A stretch of 64,000 bases of DNA, taken from the NCBI GenBank assembly GCA_023920165.1, contig CP089276.1, positions 4,526,001-4,590,000 of the forward strand. The letters run 5' to 3'. Source of the stretch: Curvularia clavata (taxonomy: Eukaryota). Position numbers and translations under genes: made by a program. The notes below the pieces were generated by a model. It saw only the letters and a program-made list of their open reading frames with translations. It did no database searches and had not been told where the DNA came from. Positions 24,930 through 39,000 of this stretch are shown here, piece by piece (position 1 is the stretch's first letter; each line of letters opens with the position of its first letter).

Positions 24930-27900
24930 GCTAAAGAAGGACCAAGGAAACGAGTCGACAATACGAGGCAAGCCAAAAGTGGACCATAAGTACCAACGGC
25001 TAGGAATGCAGGAAACACTGGGGAACGAAAATCATTGCAAAGAACGCCACCACTGCCTTATAATCAATGGGACCTCACTCCCGCAGCTCACGCGTACACG
25101 GGTATTACCGTTAGCCGTCCGCAGATCATCTTCTTTGACGCGAGACTTCAAAGTTTAAAGTTCCTTTGAACGCCTCCGAACACATGTCATAGGATCCGGG
25201 GCATTGGAGTTGCCCAAGCAAAACCAGCAGGAAAGTAACATTTCGTCCGCCAATGAAGCTCTGAACTCGCGATGATATCCGGATGTGGAACGACCGGAGA
25301 GCCTCCAGGCATCACTGATTGGACCCAACGAGCCTCAGTTGACCAAAAGGGCACAGGATTGCCGAGCATGTCAAAAAGCACAACTTTGTGGAAGCCGCCG
25401 GCCGTAAGCCGGTGAGAACCAACCTTCAAACACGCTAAATGAGAGGACAGCGGGTGTTAGTGGCCGTTGACCCGTGCGTGTGCGGAGGCGACCGGCAGTG
25501 CTGATTCGTCGCTGGCCAACTTGTCTAGCTATCTTGGAGGAATGTCTGCGAATAAGGACTTGGGGCTCAAACGGGATGGCGTTTCGTGACTGTCATGGGC
25601 CAATCTGCTTTGTTACGCGAGAATGGAGGTGTCTGCGTTTCACAGATAATAGGCACCGCTTGATTGAAGTAGAGACTAGGTAACATGGCGAAGGCTAGAG
25701 CATAGCATCTCACGCCACGATCATCCCTATTGAAACCCTCGTCGCTTTGGAAGATTGTTTAAACTTCTTCCTGCCCAGGCCATGAATTCCATCCATTCTA
25801 GTTAAATGCGAGTTGTTGATAGGAAATGACATTGGCCCGGGCTTGACAGCTGCCCAAATTAGCGTTTAGAATGACATTGACAGAGCCTAACGCAACGTGT
25901 ATAAGACGACATATTAGGAATCTAGGCCTCGGGATCAACATGCTGACATTCTTTTCGAAGTTGTCCTTGATTTACGATAGAGAGCGGAGTTCTTGGCAGA
26001 AACGTGCCAAGGGACCTTCTCTCCTCATTTCGGGCTTACACTGTATGCTACTCAAGAACTCGCCCTCAGCAATTGTTCCCGCTCCAGGCCAGCTGGATCC
26101 TTCGAATCTCCAAGATAATGCTCATCAACCGAAAAACGTGCAGCTTCTTAGCTCAGAGGTGATCGTGGTCATTGCTTTCATTTTTGATGAATTGAGTAGC
26201 TAGGAAGCCTGTATGGGATTTGTTATCTTGCGGGCCGAGCGGTTTGCTGACAAAATTGCGGCTGTTTTGCGGACGTACTATTACGGAGTAAGTTGGGGGA
26301 TGTGCGTACGTGCATAGATAGGGCTGAGGTCGATCGCCGCTCGTGTTCTAGGACCTGGTCGATTTCCAACCCAGCTTCTGAAACGCAAAGCCCCTTGAGC
26401 GCCCATGTCGCCTACCTGCAGTTTGGGCTTGCGAAGAAAAGCCCACTACATACATCACATAGAGGATGCCTGCATCTCCGCACTATAATATGTCTTATTT
26501 CATGACGCCAGTCCGTCACACCAACGTGCTTTTCTGCAAGAGAGGAGCATTAGTTAGAGAATCGCGAATGCGCTAACTGCAACACAGCAAGATTCATGAT
26601 TCATGACCACATGTCCTGATGACAACCGACAGCCGAAATTGGTTTCGTCCAAACTTTGCTTGGGTGGGCAGAAGTGATGCGGCCGAAGTCATGGCAACGA
26701 TGCAGGTAGACGTGGCTTCAAATTGTGCTTAGAAGAGGTCCAAACTATGGTCTCTCGTCATCTGTCGTTCCTGCCTCAAGCCGGCGAGATAGATGGTTAA
26801 CGTGGTACCAAATATGAACACTCTATAATTATCATATAATTCCTGGAGACCTGCTTGTTCAGCGGCAAACTTAATTGTATACTTCTGCTGGAACAAAGTT
26901 AGAATAACGAATCCTGGGTCGAGATGACGAAGCCAGTGAACCATGTACGAGCATGTTCGTGCTTTTGAGCAAATACGCTTTGGCTGAACTCTGATGATCG
27001 AGGTCATTTCCCGGGGCTAGAGTGAACATGCTCATTGCTGGGATGGGGAATCGAATTCTTAGACTCGAAATCACCACGTCCCTGACCCAATTATGGATCG
27101 TTGAGTTGGGAAACCAGACTGCACAAATCCTTACATTGACAACTACGCTCTCAAATGGAGTTTTACGGGTTCAAGCAACCTTGTGTTCACCGTCTTAACC
27201 TGACTGTTGTACGATACTCGTTGTGTTCTAGCTTAGTATCAACCAGATCGCCGACATGAATCAAAAACCCAACCTTTTCGTAACACTTTTTCTTGCTTGC
27301 TCATGTTTTCTACATACACCACCAGAACGCCTGGAGATCCGGCAAACCTTCCCTTTTCCCATACTCGTCGTGACTTGAAACTCGACTATCCATGCAGTCA
27401 CGACGTCACTGGCTTCATCACAAGCTTATCGAACGGTTACACCGAACACAATCCTTGAGTAAATCTAGGCAGATCTTTTGCTACCAGTGATGCTGGAGCA
27501 TCGTAAATCAAGGTGTTGATGTAGGTCCGTATGAGTTTACCATTCTTTTGTAACAATACCACGCACGACATACATAACTTGGACCGATATATTCAGCTTG
27601 ACAGGACTGGCGCATGTTTCATGGTAAAAATTCAACTGGTCTAGAAAGCGAAAATTCGGGATAGAAGATAAAAGGAACCAGCGTTAGCTACTGTGTAGAT
27701 ACATTGTTCTAAAATGTTACTGGACGAGATGATGGCATTTGCAAATGTGTATACGGTTCACAGCGATGACCGGTAAACCGTTCTATAGTCATTCAAAATC
27801 TATGCTTCAAGTGCGGAATCTGAACTGCTCATTTGAAAGGGGAGTGATGAGCCTGTGGCCGTTCATTCCGTATAAAATAAGAGGATCCTCGGCTTCAAAA

Positions 27901-28837
27901 AAGGCTGCACGACTGCCAAGCTGGTCAGTGTCAGCGATCGCCTCTAATGTCCCCAACTTCGTACGCACTTGGAGATACTTTGCGTTATTTCTTTCACTTC
28001 ATTACTTTGCTAACATGTTCGATTCATTCAAGTCCCATGCTGAACGTGGCCCATATCTCATCAGTGATTTTGCCTCTCCGTCGTGAAGGAGATAATCGTC
28101 ACTGTCTCGTCAAGAAGAATCATGTCGAGAAAAAGTCCTCAACTACAGACTGTTGGACCTGATCATGCTTACGGGCTGGAGAAACTGATAGCACACAAGC
28201 CCGGAACTATGTGGATCATTGAAGATCCCACCTGTCAGCCCGGAAATCGCCATTCGTAGACTTCGATCGATACGTGGAAAATCCTGGTCAGAGCGTCTGT
28301 GCTAGTGAAGCGTCAATCCTGGTTTGGCAGTATTACGTGAGATACAGTAGGTTGAAATCAAAGATTGGGCAGCAGCGATCTACAGTGTTTGCCAAATTGA
28401 GCTCAGATTTCCACAATAGAAACAGACCGAATAGTTTGTTGCCACGCATAGCAAACCAGCATGATAGACCAGTATCGTTGGAAAGAAAAGGCCAAAAAAT
28501 TGGACGAAGGTGTTGTTCTACTAACTACTCGAGACATTCCGAAAAACTCTTGGGTATCGCGCACAGAGACTGAGAAAACATAGGGGCGTTCAAAACAACG
28601 TGAATAAGCAGGAGGGAAGCAAATTATGCACTCGGGTACGCTGTTCAACAAACATGGGAATACAGCTGATGTGGAGCAAGGCAGAGGCCATTGGGTATCT
28701 GAAGCGAGTCAGAAAGAGAAGCCACCAAGAAAACTGGTGGCAGGAAAGGACGTGTATGTGTTCTAAGGTGCGGTGGTTATGCACGATTGAAAAGAACACG
28801 AAATAGGCGAAATTGAGTATCAAGGCAAAGATGAACA

Positions 28838-30485
28838 CTATCCGTTGTACCAGCCATTTGATCCAACATTTGCTTCTTCGGTTTCACGATGCGGTATAAG
28901 GGGTTCTTTGATGTCAAAAGCATCAATGAACATGTGCCAAGTGGGGTAGTCGAGGCTGAACACGGCTTGGTGTTTTTGAACGTTGTCTTCTCGTTGCTCT
29001 GAGACGCCACGAGGGGCTGCTGGTACTGTCCAGGTGTTAGCGCATGAATATTGAGAACAGTCAGCTGCTCGTACCTAGTAGCGGAAGGCCATCATCATCT
29101 TTGACAATTTTTGCGTTGCCTTCTCTTACCAAGAAGCTAATGTAGAAGAGGTTCTCGATCGTCTGACCAAAATCACGCGGATTGATGGCAAAATCGAGCA
29201 GATTGACGGCAGGCTCTCCGTCCGTAGTCATGGCCATTCTGGAGCGACGGAGAGCGGCGACTTGAGACTCATCGTCGAGCTCACTCTCCGGAATTTCGCT
29301 GAGCTCGCTCTCGACACGATCTGCCCCTTGCTCGGTATGATCAATCAGTCGTTTTCTGATGCCCTTGACAAGATTGGAGAGGTTGTTATTCTCGTTCTGC
29401 TGAATGTCACCTTCTTTGATCTCTTGCGGGCGAGTAGCAGGGCCAACTGGTTGCCGTTGGGAGCGAGCCTTCCGCTGAGTTGCCGTACGAATGCGTTTCT
29501 GCACAGACAGTGGGCCGAGAAGGAAGCTAGCCGTAGGTGGTCGCTTATTGCAAGGAAAGCAAGCTCTTCTACCCAACAACGCCCAATCGAGGCCATCTGC
29601 ATCGTCATCATCGTCGTCGCCGCCCACCGGAATTGCCGGCGCGTCCTCGTCACCGGCAACATAGCCTCCTGATTTCATGAAGTATATGCATTTTGAGACG
29701 AATTGGTCCAAATCAATGCCTGCGCTGTAGCTGCCCAAGGCGTTGTTGAGCTTTTTGCCCGCCAGATCACTCGCATTGACCAAGAAGCGGGAGTCCACTG
29801 TGGCATCGGCGGTTTGGCGTACTTTGCCAAAAAGGCTGTTTTGAGTTCTGAGTGCATCAAGAAGGCCACTGTCACGCGATTTGATCAGGTCGTCACGATT
29901 ATCTAGCCTGATTAGTTAGGCTCATGTGGCCAGGCAGGTGCTGCTAAACCTACCATCGAGCATGCGCTGGTGGTCGCGCATAGTTGCACGCAACCGTCTT
30001 CGCTTCTCCGGATCTTGGTTCGGGTTGTAGAACCTTAGGTCGCCCTCTTCCTCTTCTTCATCGCCGTCGTCATCCTCTTCTTGTTGTTCTGCCTGAAAAT
30101 GAGATTGTGAGGGTGTGTCCACACTCTCTTCGTCATCGTCGTGGTCTGCCTCGTCGTATATCCGTGAATCAGCCATGCTGTAATCATCCGTTCTCCTCCG
30201 CTTACTGCCATTGCCGTCTGTTGAGCCTGAATCTGGTGTGGGCATGCGCGCCGACGCGACCCGCAGACCTCTTCCCTTGGCTCGCCGCGGGGTCTTATCG
30301 CGTGTTGCAGGCGATTCGTTCTCCTTGTCCGAGTTCATGGATCGACTGGGACTGATAACAGAATAGGACGATGGGCGCCCATTAGTTTCGGTCCGGGGCG
30401 CTACAGAGGGGTCACGATATAGCGAATCGACGGTGGAGGCGCGTGTTTGTGGCGTGGCCGAGAGGTGTGTGTTGAGGCGTGCCAT
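28838..30485 (-). CDS. nse4: Smc5/6 complex kleisin subunit Nse4
   Basis: YNPNQDPEKRR, QTADATVDSRFLV, FLLGPLSVQK, FAINPRDFGQTIENLFYISFLVREG and KHQAVFSLDYPTW..IKEPLIPHR. Stop at 28838. Confidence 0.93.
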
Positions 30486-30597
30486 GCCGAGGGGGCAGCA
30501 ATGGCAGGAGCGGGGGATGGATACGACGGCGGTGGAAGAAGAACGACGAGGGGTATAGGGATAGTTGGGTACTGCCGTGGTGTTGAGGTCGCCTTGT

Positions 30598-30633
30598 CCT
30601 GTGCCTGTGCCTGTGCCTGTGCCTGAGCCTGAT
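30598..30633. repeat. (CCTGTG)4 plus 2 degenerate hexamer units in the nse4/vps34 intergenic region
   Basis: CCTGTG x4, then CCTGAG and CCTGAT. Confidence 0.9.
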
Positions 30634-30905
30634 GCCGACAGGTTGACGCGGTTAGCCTAGCGCGACTTTTTGTCTGACCCAAGCGCGACTTCAATTCGTC
30701 AGCCAAGCCGCGCGCCACCCCCACACCTGTGGCGCGGCCTGGATATACTAGCCACAAAGACACCCCCACTCACCACCTGCTGTTCTAGCTAGCCACACCT
30801 CCCGCTCTGTCATGTGTCCCTAGGTCGTTCAACCAGCTTCACCGCACCCGCTCAGCGATCCCTCCCCATGGCATGCCGTAACCAGCTGCTTCCTCACCGC
30901 GCACG

Positions 30906-33739
30906 ATGGAGGCCTTCAACTTCGCCACGTCTCTGGACCTGACCGAGCTGGCTGTCCATGTGCGAATGTAGGCAACCAACCCACCCTCACAACGTCTCGC
31001 ATCTGTGCTCAAAAGGTATACAGTGATCGTCTGGACGGACATCAGAAGCCCATACCCTACTCAGTCTTGCTGAAGCGACCCGACCTGAGACACCGCGCTT
31101 CCATCATCAAGTGAGTCGCCCATCGTTTGGTCAAAACAAAACGCCCCATGTACTGACAGCTGCTTCGTAGCCCACATTTTGAGCTTTACGTTACGGCGCA
31201 GATATGGGCTGATAGCAAACCCCTTACCGTCCCTGTTCAGACCGCCTACAAGTCGTTCAAGAATGCGCGCATATGGAATGAATGGCTCCAACTACCTGTC
31301 ACATATGCGAATCTACCCGCATCCGCCCAGATCGCCATCACCTTGTGGGATCTATCGCCCGCCGAGGACAAGGAGTCCAACCTGCACGCCGTTCCCTTTG
31401 GTGGAACTACCATACCACTGTTCGACAACGACAACACATTGCGCAAGGGCAGGCAGCGCTGTCGGATACACCGCTTCAAAGCCGCCGACGGCCTTACCAA
31501 CACCTCCACACCATGGGTCATTCAGCCAGCGCGGAGACCCAGGAACGCCCAGGTGACCGAAACCACTGTCAATGAGCAGGTAGCGGAAATGGAGCGTTTG
31601 GAAGGGCTCCTCAAGAAGCAGGAGATGGGCGACCTTCCAACAAACAATTGGCTTGATGGGCTGGTCTACAAGAAAATGATGCAGATACGGAAGGATGCTT
31701 TGAAGGCCGAAGCCGCCGCCCTGAGCCGACAGGGCAAAGTCAACGGCAACAAAAACGCTGTCGATGCCGATGCAAAGTCCGAGGATCAAGAACTTTTCTA
31801 CCTTGATATCGAGCTCCCGCGCTTCGATCATGCCGTTGTATTCACTGACGTCGAGTACCCACCGCCACCTGTTTCCGACTTGCGGCTGCCCGCTGAAGCC
31901 GATGTAAGACTACGCCCGCCACCAGAAGTCTCCTTTGGGCCTGGCATAGACATTGATGGGGTAGGATACGGCGATGCTGATGCGGAACGGCTCATCAAAA
32001 TTTATGATCCTGAGGTTGGGCGAAGGGTCAATCCTGCAGAAGACAAACACCGCGAATTGATGCGAAGTCAGCAGACTGATTCCCTGGACCGTGACCGGAA
32101 GCCAAACGTCCACGTTCGCGATAAACTAAACATGTTGTTGTCCAAAGGTCCTCTCGAGGAAATCACTTCCCATGAACGAGATGATATCTGGAAGTTTAGG
32201 TATTTCTTATTGCGCGACAAGCGTGCCCTGACCAAGTTTGTAAAGTGCGTCAATTGGAAAAATCCACGAGAGGTCCGGCAAGCGGCACCCCTACTCGAAA
32301 AATGGGCCGAGATTGATGTAGACGACGCCCTTGAACTACTTGGTCCTCACTTTGACCACCCTATTGTACGAAGCTATGCCGTCGAGCGATTGAAGAAAGC
32401 GGACGATGAAGAGCTCCAGCTGTACCTCTTGCAGCTGGTTCAGGCGCTCAAATACGAAGCCCCAGGTGAAGGAGACGACTCATCGCTTGCACGCTTCTTG
32501 GTCACCCGCGCTGCTAACAGCTTCACCTTGGGCAACTTCCTCCACTGGTATCTTATGGTTGAGATTAGCGACGTTAGTACCGATCAGGCCCCCGAGCATC
32601 GCGATCTGTTTGCCAAAGTCGAGTACGACTTTATGGTCGAGCTTGAGAAAACACCAGAAGGCATCGGCATTCGCAAGACGTTTCAACGCCAAGGCGAACT
32701 ACTGACCATCCTAGCCAAGATATCAAAGGATGTGCGTTTTGGTGGCGGGGATCGGCCTACAAAGATTGCGCGTCTCAAGAAAGCCATCGCGGACCCGAAA
32801 AATGAGCTGACTAGTTTCGACCCGCTCCCGTTACCGCTTGACCCTTCGGTCTTCATCACTGGCATCTCGACCGAGGACTGCAACGTTCTGAAGTCATCAC
32901 TGTTGCCCATGGTCTTGTCATTCAAGACAACATCAGGCACTCCTTACCCCATCATCTTCAAAACCGGTGACGACCTGCGCCAAGACCAGCTCGTCATCCA
33001 GATCATTACCCTTATGGACCGACTACTCCGTAAAGAGAACCTCGACCTGAAACTTACACCCTATCGCATCTTAGCTACTTCTTCATCAGCTGGAGCATTC
33101 CAGTTCGTACCAAGCATGTCAATCGCCGCAGCATGTCAGAAGCACAGAGGCAGCTTACTGGCCTATCTGCGAGCCAACAACCCAGATGATAGTGCTCCAC
33201 TTGGCGTACGAAAAGAAGCCATGGATACATACATAAAGTCTTGTGCTGGTTACTGCGTAATTACCTACCTCCTTGGAGTGGGCGATCGCCATCTTGATAA
33301 CCTCTTGCTCGCGCCCTCGGGTGCCTTTTTCCACGTCGACTTTGGGTACATACTGGGTCGTGATCCCAAGCCATTTGCGCCAGCCATGAAGCTCTGCAGC
33401 GAAATGATTGAAGGAATGGGCGGGGTTCAGCACCCCAACTACCTCGCCTTCAAAGAATACTCGTACACTGCGTGGTCTACCTTGCGCAAATCCTCGAACC
33501 TGATTCTCAACCTCTTTGCTCTTATGCAAGGAGCCAACATTCCAGACATCAAGGTTGAGAGAGAGGGTAGCGTCAGGAAGGTGCAAGAGCGCTTGTGGCT
33601 TGGTAAGGGAGCTGGTGGAGGAAAGGGAGAGGATGAGGCTGCGAGGGATTGGGAAAGGTTGATCGAAGAGTCACTTGGAGATTGGAAGGCAGGGATGATA
33701 GACTGGGCCCATGATCTTGTCCAGGGCTGGCGAAAGTAA
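30906..33739 (+). CDS. vps34: Class III phosphatidylinositol 3-kinase Vps34
   Basis: ATG at 30906 (MEAFNFATS). Two short 5' introns lead into a C2 region (SKPLTVPVQTAYKSF..WNEWL). Helical domain has YLLQLVQALKYE. Kinase motifs FKTGDDLRQD, GVGDRHLDN and HVDFGYILG. Confidence 0.97.
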
Positions 33740-33914
33740 ACCATGATAGGAAAGTAATGGTAAACGTTAATTCTAGTGGCACTCACCCATTTTCTTCAAT
33801 GTTTACATAATTGTCCATGCAACGCAGTTGTGATTATGAAAGCTTATCTCCAGTCATTATAGCGATAACTATGATTCTTCCTTTGCACTATTCGAGTTCG
33901 TCTTCTCTACTCTA

Positions 33915-34910
33915 TCACTTTAGCCAGTCCGTCTCAACCTCCTTCACCATCTCTGCCAACCAGGGTTCGTCCTCCTCGTATATTGAATCATCAAAACCAT
34001 GCTCGCCGGGCGGCGTAACCAGTTTGAATTTCGTTTCCGGAAACAACTCCCTTGCTCGGTCTACAAACTTTTCTGTCCCTTTTACAGGTACCAGCGTGTC
34101 GTCCTTTCCATGTAAGATGTATGTTGGCACAAAAGACTTTGCACTCTCGATCCGTGTGTAGGGCATAAGATGCGGGCCTGTGCCAAAGAACTCGTCCCAG
34201 CGCCCATGCGCCTGTAGCATCGACATGACGGCGAGACGAGCAGGTGGGGTGGCTGCGCTGATGACAGTGCCCGGTTGAATGCTGGCAAGAAACTTATCGA
34301 GTTCTTCTCTTGGCGGAATGCGCTGTCCCATGGTAATGTCATCTGGGGAGTGGGGAGAGTTGAGTACTACAGGATATTGGATAAAACAAGCACGGAACGT
34401 CTTCTCGGGAAGTGAGAGAACCGACTGAAGCGACATCCACCCGCCTGCAGAATCCCCTGCTACTAAAACTCGAGACAGATCGGGTTCAATTGAGGGGTCC
34501 TTGGACTTGAGATACGTGGACAGCGAAGTCGTAAGCCAACTTCCGAATGAAGCAATGTCGTCGAGGATGTCGTCACCAGTGTGTTCTGGAGTCAAGCGGT
34601 AGTTTGGGACAACAGCAATTGCGTTGTTTCGGATGAAAAAGGGCACCAGGTAGGCGGAAAACCATTCTGGATACATTGCTGTTCCTGTTGCCTAAGAGGT
34701 GGTGTCAGTAACTGGACAACCGTTTGTCGTCGCAAGGTTGCTTACCAGCCCGCCGCCGTGCCATCTAACCACTACCGGATGCTTCCCTGGAGTAATGTCT
34801 TTAGGCACGAGCACATTAACCTCTATCTCATGGTCTTTTATCTTCTTGTATGAAGTCGTGTATACATTGAAATTGTTAAAGCGGGTTTCGGGCGTCGTTC
34901 GGAGCGACAT
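33915..34910 (-). CDS. Alpha/beta hydrolase fold-3 (HSL-like esterase)
   Basis: WHGGGL, an intron, NYRLTPEH, nucleophile GDSAGG, HGKDDTLVP and GEHGFD. Confidence 0.9.
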
Positions 34911-36012
34911 GTTTGTGCGGGGTAATCTATACTTAATTCTACGCCTCTCTTAATGTTGAAATGAAGCAATCTGAATGAATTTCCGGCGTCAGTCGAGCAG
35001 GGAGAGGTTTCTGGTGTGATCGTCTTATGTATCCGACCTCGGACAGTACATGGTAAGCCTCGGGTAAAAGTCGTGTTTATGTCCCCATGATGCGGTAGAG
35101 CCTCCAGCCAATGGAAGAACACAGAGGTTGATAGAGTCCGATCCACGTGATAACGTCTATTGCTTAGTTATTGTCGTCAGCCTATACGCGGGGGTAAACA
35201 TTTCACGCGGAAATTTTGAAACCTCCGAGAACCATCGCTTATTCACAGGTCGCGGAGTTAGGCGTAATGTGGAGTTAGGATAGTAGAGTCTGGGCACTTG
35301 TATGTTCATCCCGACAAGGACATCTGCGTTCATGGTTTGAGTCCATACTTGTGGTATTTTTTAAACACATGAGCGTAGCCCTTTACGGCTCCCCCATTGT
35401 CTCGTTACAATACGCATTGGGTTATACGCGGTGGGGTGATGATTTCTAGTACGTCATCAGAAGCCGTAAGCGAGGAACGACTGAGTAAACGCTCATTTAG
35501 AGCGATGGTCCCATCCACACGCAACATAGCGCCACCATCCCTCCTTGAGGAGTGGCAGTTGAAACTAACTATATTCAATCACAACCTGCATAATAGTAAA
35601 TGGTGTGCTAAGGTTCATCTAATGGATTTGCCAGCGCTAGCGACGTAGACATATCTTATCAGGATGATAACAACATTGGCAAATTAGAGCTGCTGTAGGC
35701 TGTATTCTCTCGCGAAAGCCAGCTGGTTTTAGTTACGGCGTTTACGCGACCTACTCTGAGGTTATGCACAGCCTTGCCCTCTACCCCGCAAGTGCGACAC
35801 ACTCACCAATTATATGATAGATTGTTTCAGCGGTGCTTCTGCCTGATATCAGCCCGACATGCTATATGAAAAGACAGCACCCGTGAGCTACTACACAGAG
35901 AAGATTTGCATAGAAAAGGGTTGATTCCTATAAAAACACATCAGCGTGGCTTTGGTCCATACCTCCTTCCCTGTCTTGTCTCCTCGCTAGTCGTCTCGCT
36001 GATTCCCGCATT

Positions 36013-39000
36013 ATGTCGATCAGCCGATTCAATACATCTGTAGTATCCGGTACGAACGAAAATACGCTAGCTCTCGTCAATTTAAACGTCGATCTGTCCC
36101 TACTCAAGCTGGAAGCTCCAAGTGAGTTCAAAGATCTAGGACGCTCTTTGACCCGCCAACGTCGCGAGATCGCGGAAGATGGTTCAGTCCATAGGACTGC
36201 GCGACGTCTTGGTGCCGTCTTCGAGGGCATCGCGCCACACACTCCTAGCCTGATCCGAGCATATGGCTCTAGAGTATCAGAGATCTCTAGAGATTCATCA
36301 AACGAAGGGCTTCTGTCCAGCCGTGGCGTTTTTGCTGATTGCGCTGGCATGGATGGAACATCTGTCTGGGCTGCAGCAACGTCTGGTAAAACAGCCATCG
36401 CGGTACACCTCCTGGCTTGCATGCTCGCCCGAGCCTGGTCTAGTTCCCAAGCTACTTCCATCTGGGTTGAGATCATCGAGGCTCGGCGGCAAGACTTGCG
36501 AAAGCAGATTAGCGACGGGCTTTACAACGACTCTACTCAGCTTGGCTTGGCATTATCTGCGGACCTGTCTCGAAATGACCTTGCTGAATGGGACGCATCT
36601 ACCAGGGCCTGGCTTCAAGTCGCAGATGATGTGCAGATCAGTCGGCAAAAACAGCTCATGCTCATCATAAACAACGTGAATATTCCGGTGAATCAAGGGT
36701 CTGCAGCCTTCGGAACATATGCACGTGTTATTGAGGCTTGGAAGACAGCGACAGAGACCATCGAGAAAGTCATTCGAGGGCAACCGCACAATGTCGCGAA
36801 AGGGTCTGTTTTACTTGGCCTAGCTGCTTGGCATCTCTATCCTAACATTTTGGTCCTGGGGCAAACCCCTACTACAGTCAACTTCAACGATCCTGTTGTG
36901 GAGGAATCCGGTCAGCTTACCATTGGGCTATCAAATCCAGATGCCAACAAAGACGAGGGCGTGTATTGGTCCCTTTCATTATCTCACCTTCGCTTCTACG
37001 GAGATCCGGTCAGGGTTACAAGTATCACGACAAGGGATGCCTCCAGGCTGAACATAGATGAGTTCCATCTTCTCGTTTTAGGTGGTATAATTGCTGATTG
37101 GGGGGGCCTCTACGCATTAGACCTTCTTAAGGCAGCTGAGTTTTTTGTTTGTCTGGATAACATAACCTTTCGTTCCAATGAAACCTCTAGCCTCCAACCT
37201 TGGAAATGGCACTGGATCCATTTGTTGGGCACAGCATCACGGAAACTTCTCACTTCAGAGGGTACTGAAAGAGACCTGGCAGTGAACACCATCGCACTTG
37301 GCCAAAGGCGTGGTAGAAGCTTGTTACGAGAAAGCGCATCCAGTATACCTCCTCTTTTTGGATTGTGTGACTCGTGGGTTCTCCATATCCTCAAAATGCA
37401 TGATGATCTTAACTACACGTTCGACCAAGATGAAACAACAGGGATCGAGATGATGAGATACATTGCGCAAAAGCTTCACCTTCAACATGCAGAGTGCATC
37501 ATCAGAGTCAGAGGTGCATCTAAATATGTCACGGCGATTCCGCATAGAGACAAAGATCGCGAATACCACATCAACTGGGTTGAGACCGAACCATCCTCGT
37601 CATGGGATGGTATCTGTACCTGTCACGAGATGGGTCATCATTGCCACGCAGGACGATGTCCTTGCATCCTCCATGGTCAATGGTGCTCCTATGTCTGTCA
37701 TCCAGAGGGTATGAGCCTACAGAATACGCCCTGTCCAGGCTGCCAAAGAAGTGATCTGAGGATCGAAACTACACAAGAAAGATACGACTGCAAGAATTTG
37801 AAAGATCACGAGAGTTTTCGATATATAAAGGGCTCTCTATTCGATACCCTTACTCTACCCCTGACGCTAAGCGATCTTGGGATCAAGTCTAAACCTGGCA
37901 AAGACAAACCCTACGCTGGAGTTGCCCCACTGTTCGCAATTCAAACGAGATCGAATGCAGTTCGCGATGGGAGGCGATACCTTTGCAATTGCTTTTACGA
38001 GCCTGCGAGCGTCAAATCTCCAACATTCGTCCTGATTGCAGGATCAGCAAGTGATGTAGGGTTGTTTTTGAGAGCCGATCTTGGTCTCCGAGCCAGGAAA
38101 AGAAGGTTACACGAGGCACAGAAAAGGGCGCAAACAGAAAGAAACCACACCATTGACCAGGTCATAAGCTCTATGAAAACGGGTCAGATATCTCCAAAAC
38201 ATGTCGTTCGATACCTTACTGCGCTCCAGGAAGGCGACCCGATTCACACGCCTACATTCAGGAAAGGTCTTGAGATTCGCCACTTTGCTGATCGCTTTCT
38301 TTTCGACTCTCTTCATGCCCTTTCGCTTGCAACCAAAACGTTTACAGATCTACCAGGGGCAACGATCGATCTCAAGATCATCAGTACGCATTTACACCGG
38401 TCTTTGTGGCTTCCATCACAAGGTGTACGGTATCTCAGCCGCCAACAAAAGTTTGCATGCATAGCAATGTTCGAATCAGGCTTATACAACATTGATCCGG
38501 CTGTGATGCAAGATGTCATTGCAATCTCCTCTCGCAATAGCATTTTCGCCTCAGCAATACTCCACAATGACCCGGGTTCTCTTGACCATGTTGATGATGT
38601 GCGTAGGGTGGTTGGAAATGTAGGTAAAACGGGAATGGTCTTGATGGTCGCCCCGCAAGCACCGCGAACGAAAGGAGTCGACCTAAACGAATTTCGTCTC
38701 GTGTGCCACAATCCGTTTGATGGCAAGCCAGAGGACAGCTTTAAATCCACTTCGCTTCACCTCACTTTCACTGAGTTCGAGCTACCTGTCGACATTGGAG
38801 AACGAGGAGCTATCGACAAGGATCTTTGTTTTGTGGAGACGCTTATTCAAGTTTACGATCGGAACCAATGGATTGCTGACATCGACGTCCTACCAGTATT
38901 CCATAATGGAAATGATGCTGTGCGCCGCAACACTGTGAGCTGTACGGGATGCTCCTCCACAATACCATCGGAACTCGTGTCTATCGATAACTGGGAAGAA

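Noticed and set aside
26729..27077. Protein-like fragments on the minus strand (e.g. QELYDNYRVFIFG)
   Set aside because: May be a pseudogene, but I could not assign any family.
28120..28260. HAYGLEKLIAHK, faintly like a fungal TF C-terminal motif
   Set aside because: Too short, with no supporting flanking motifs.
30401..30769. ORF with a QAQAQA repeat
   Set aside because: Translation of the CCTGTG microsatellite in the nse4 upstream region, with a non-ATG start.
33590..33739. Gly-rich, divergent Vps34 C-terminus as a possible frameshift
   Set aside because: The frame stays open and ends with the conserved H..VQGWR, so this looks like ordinary lineage divergence.
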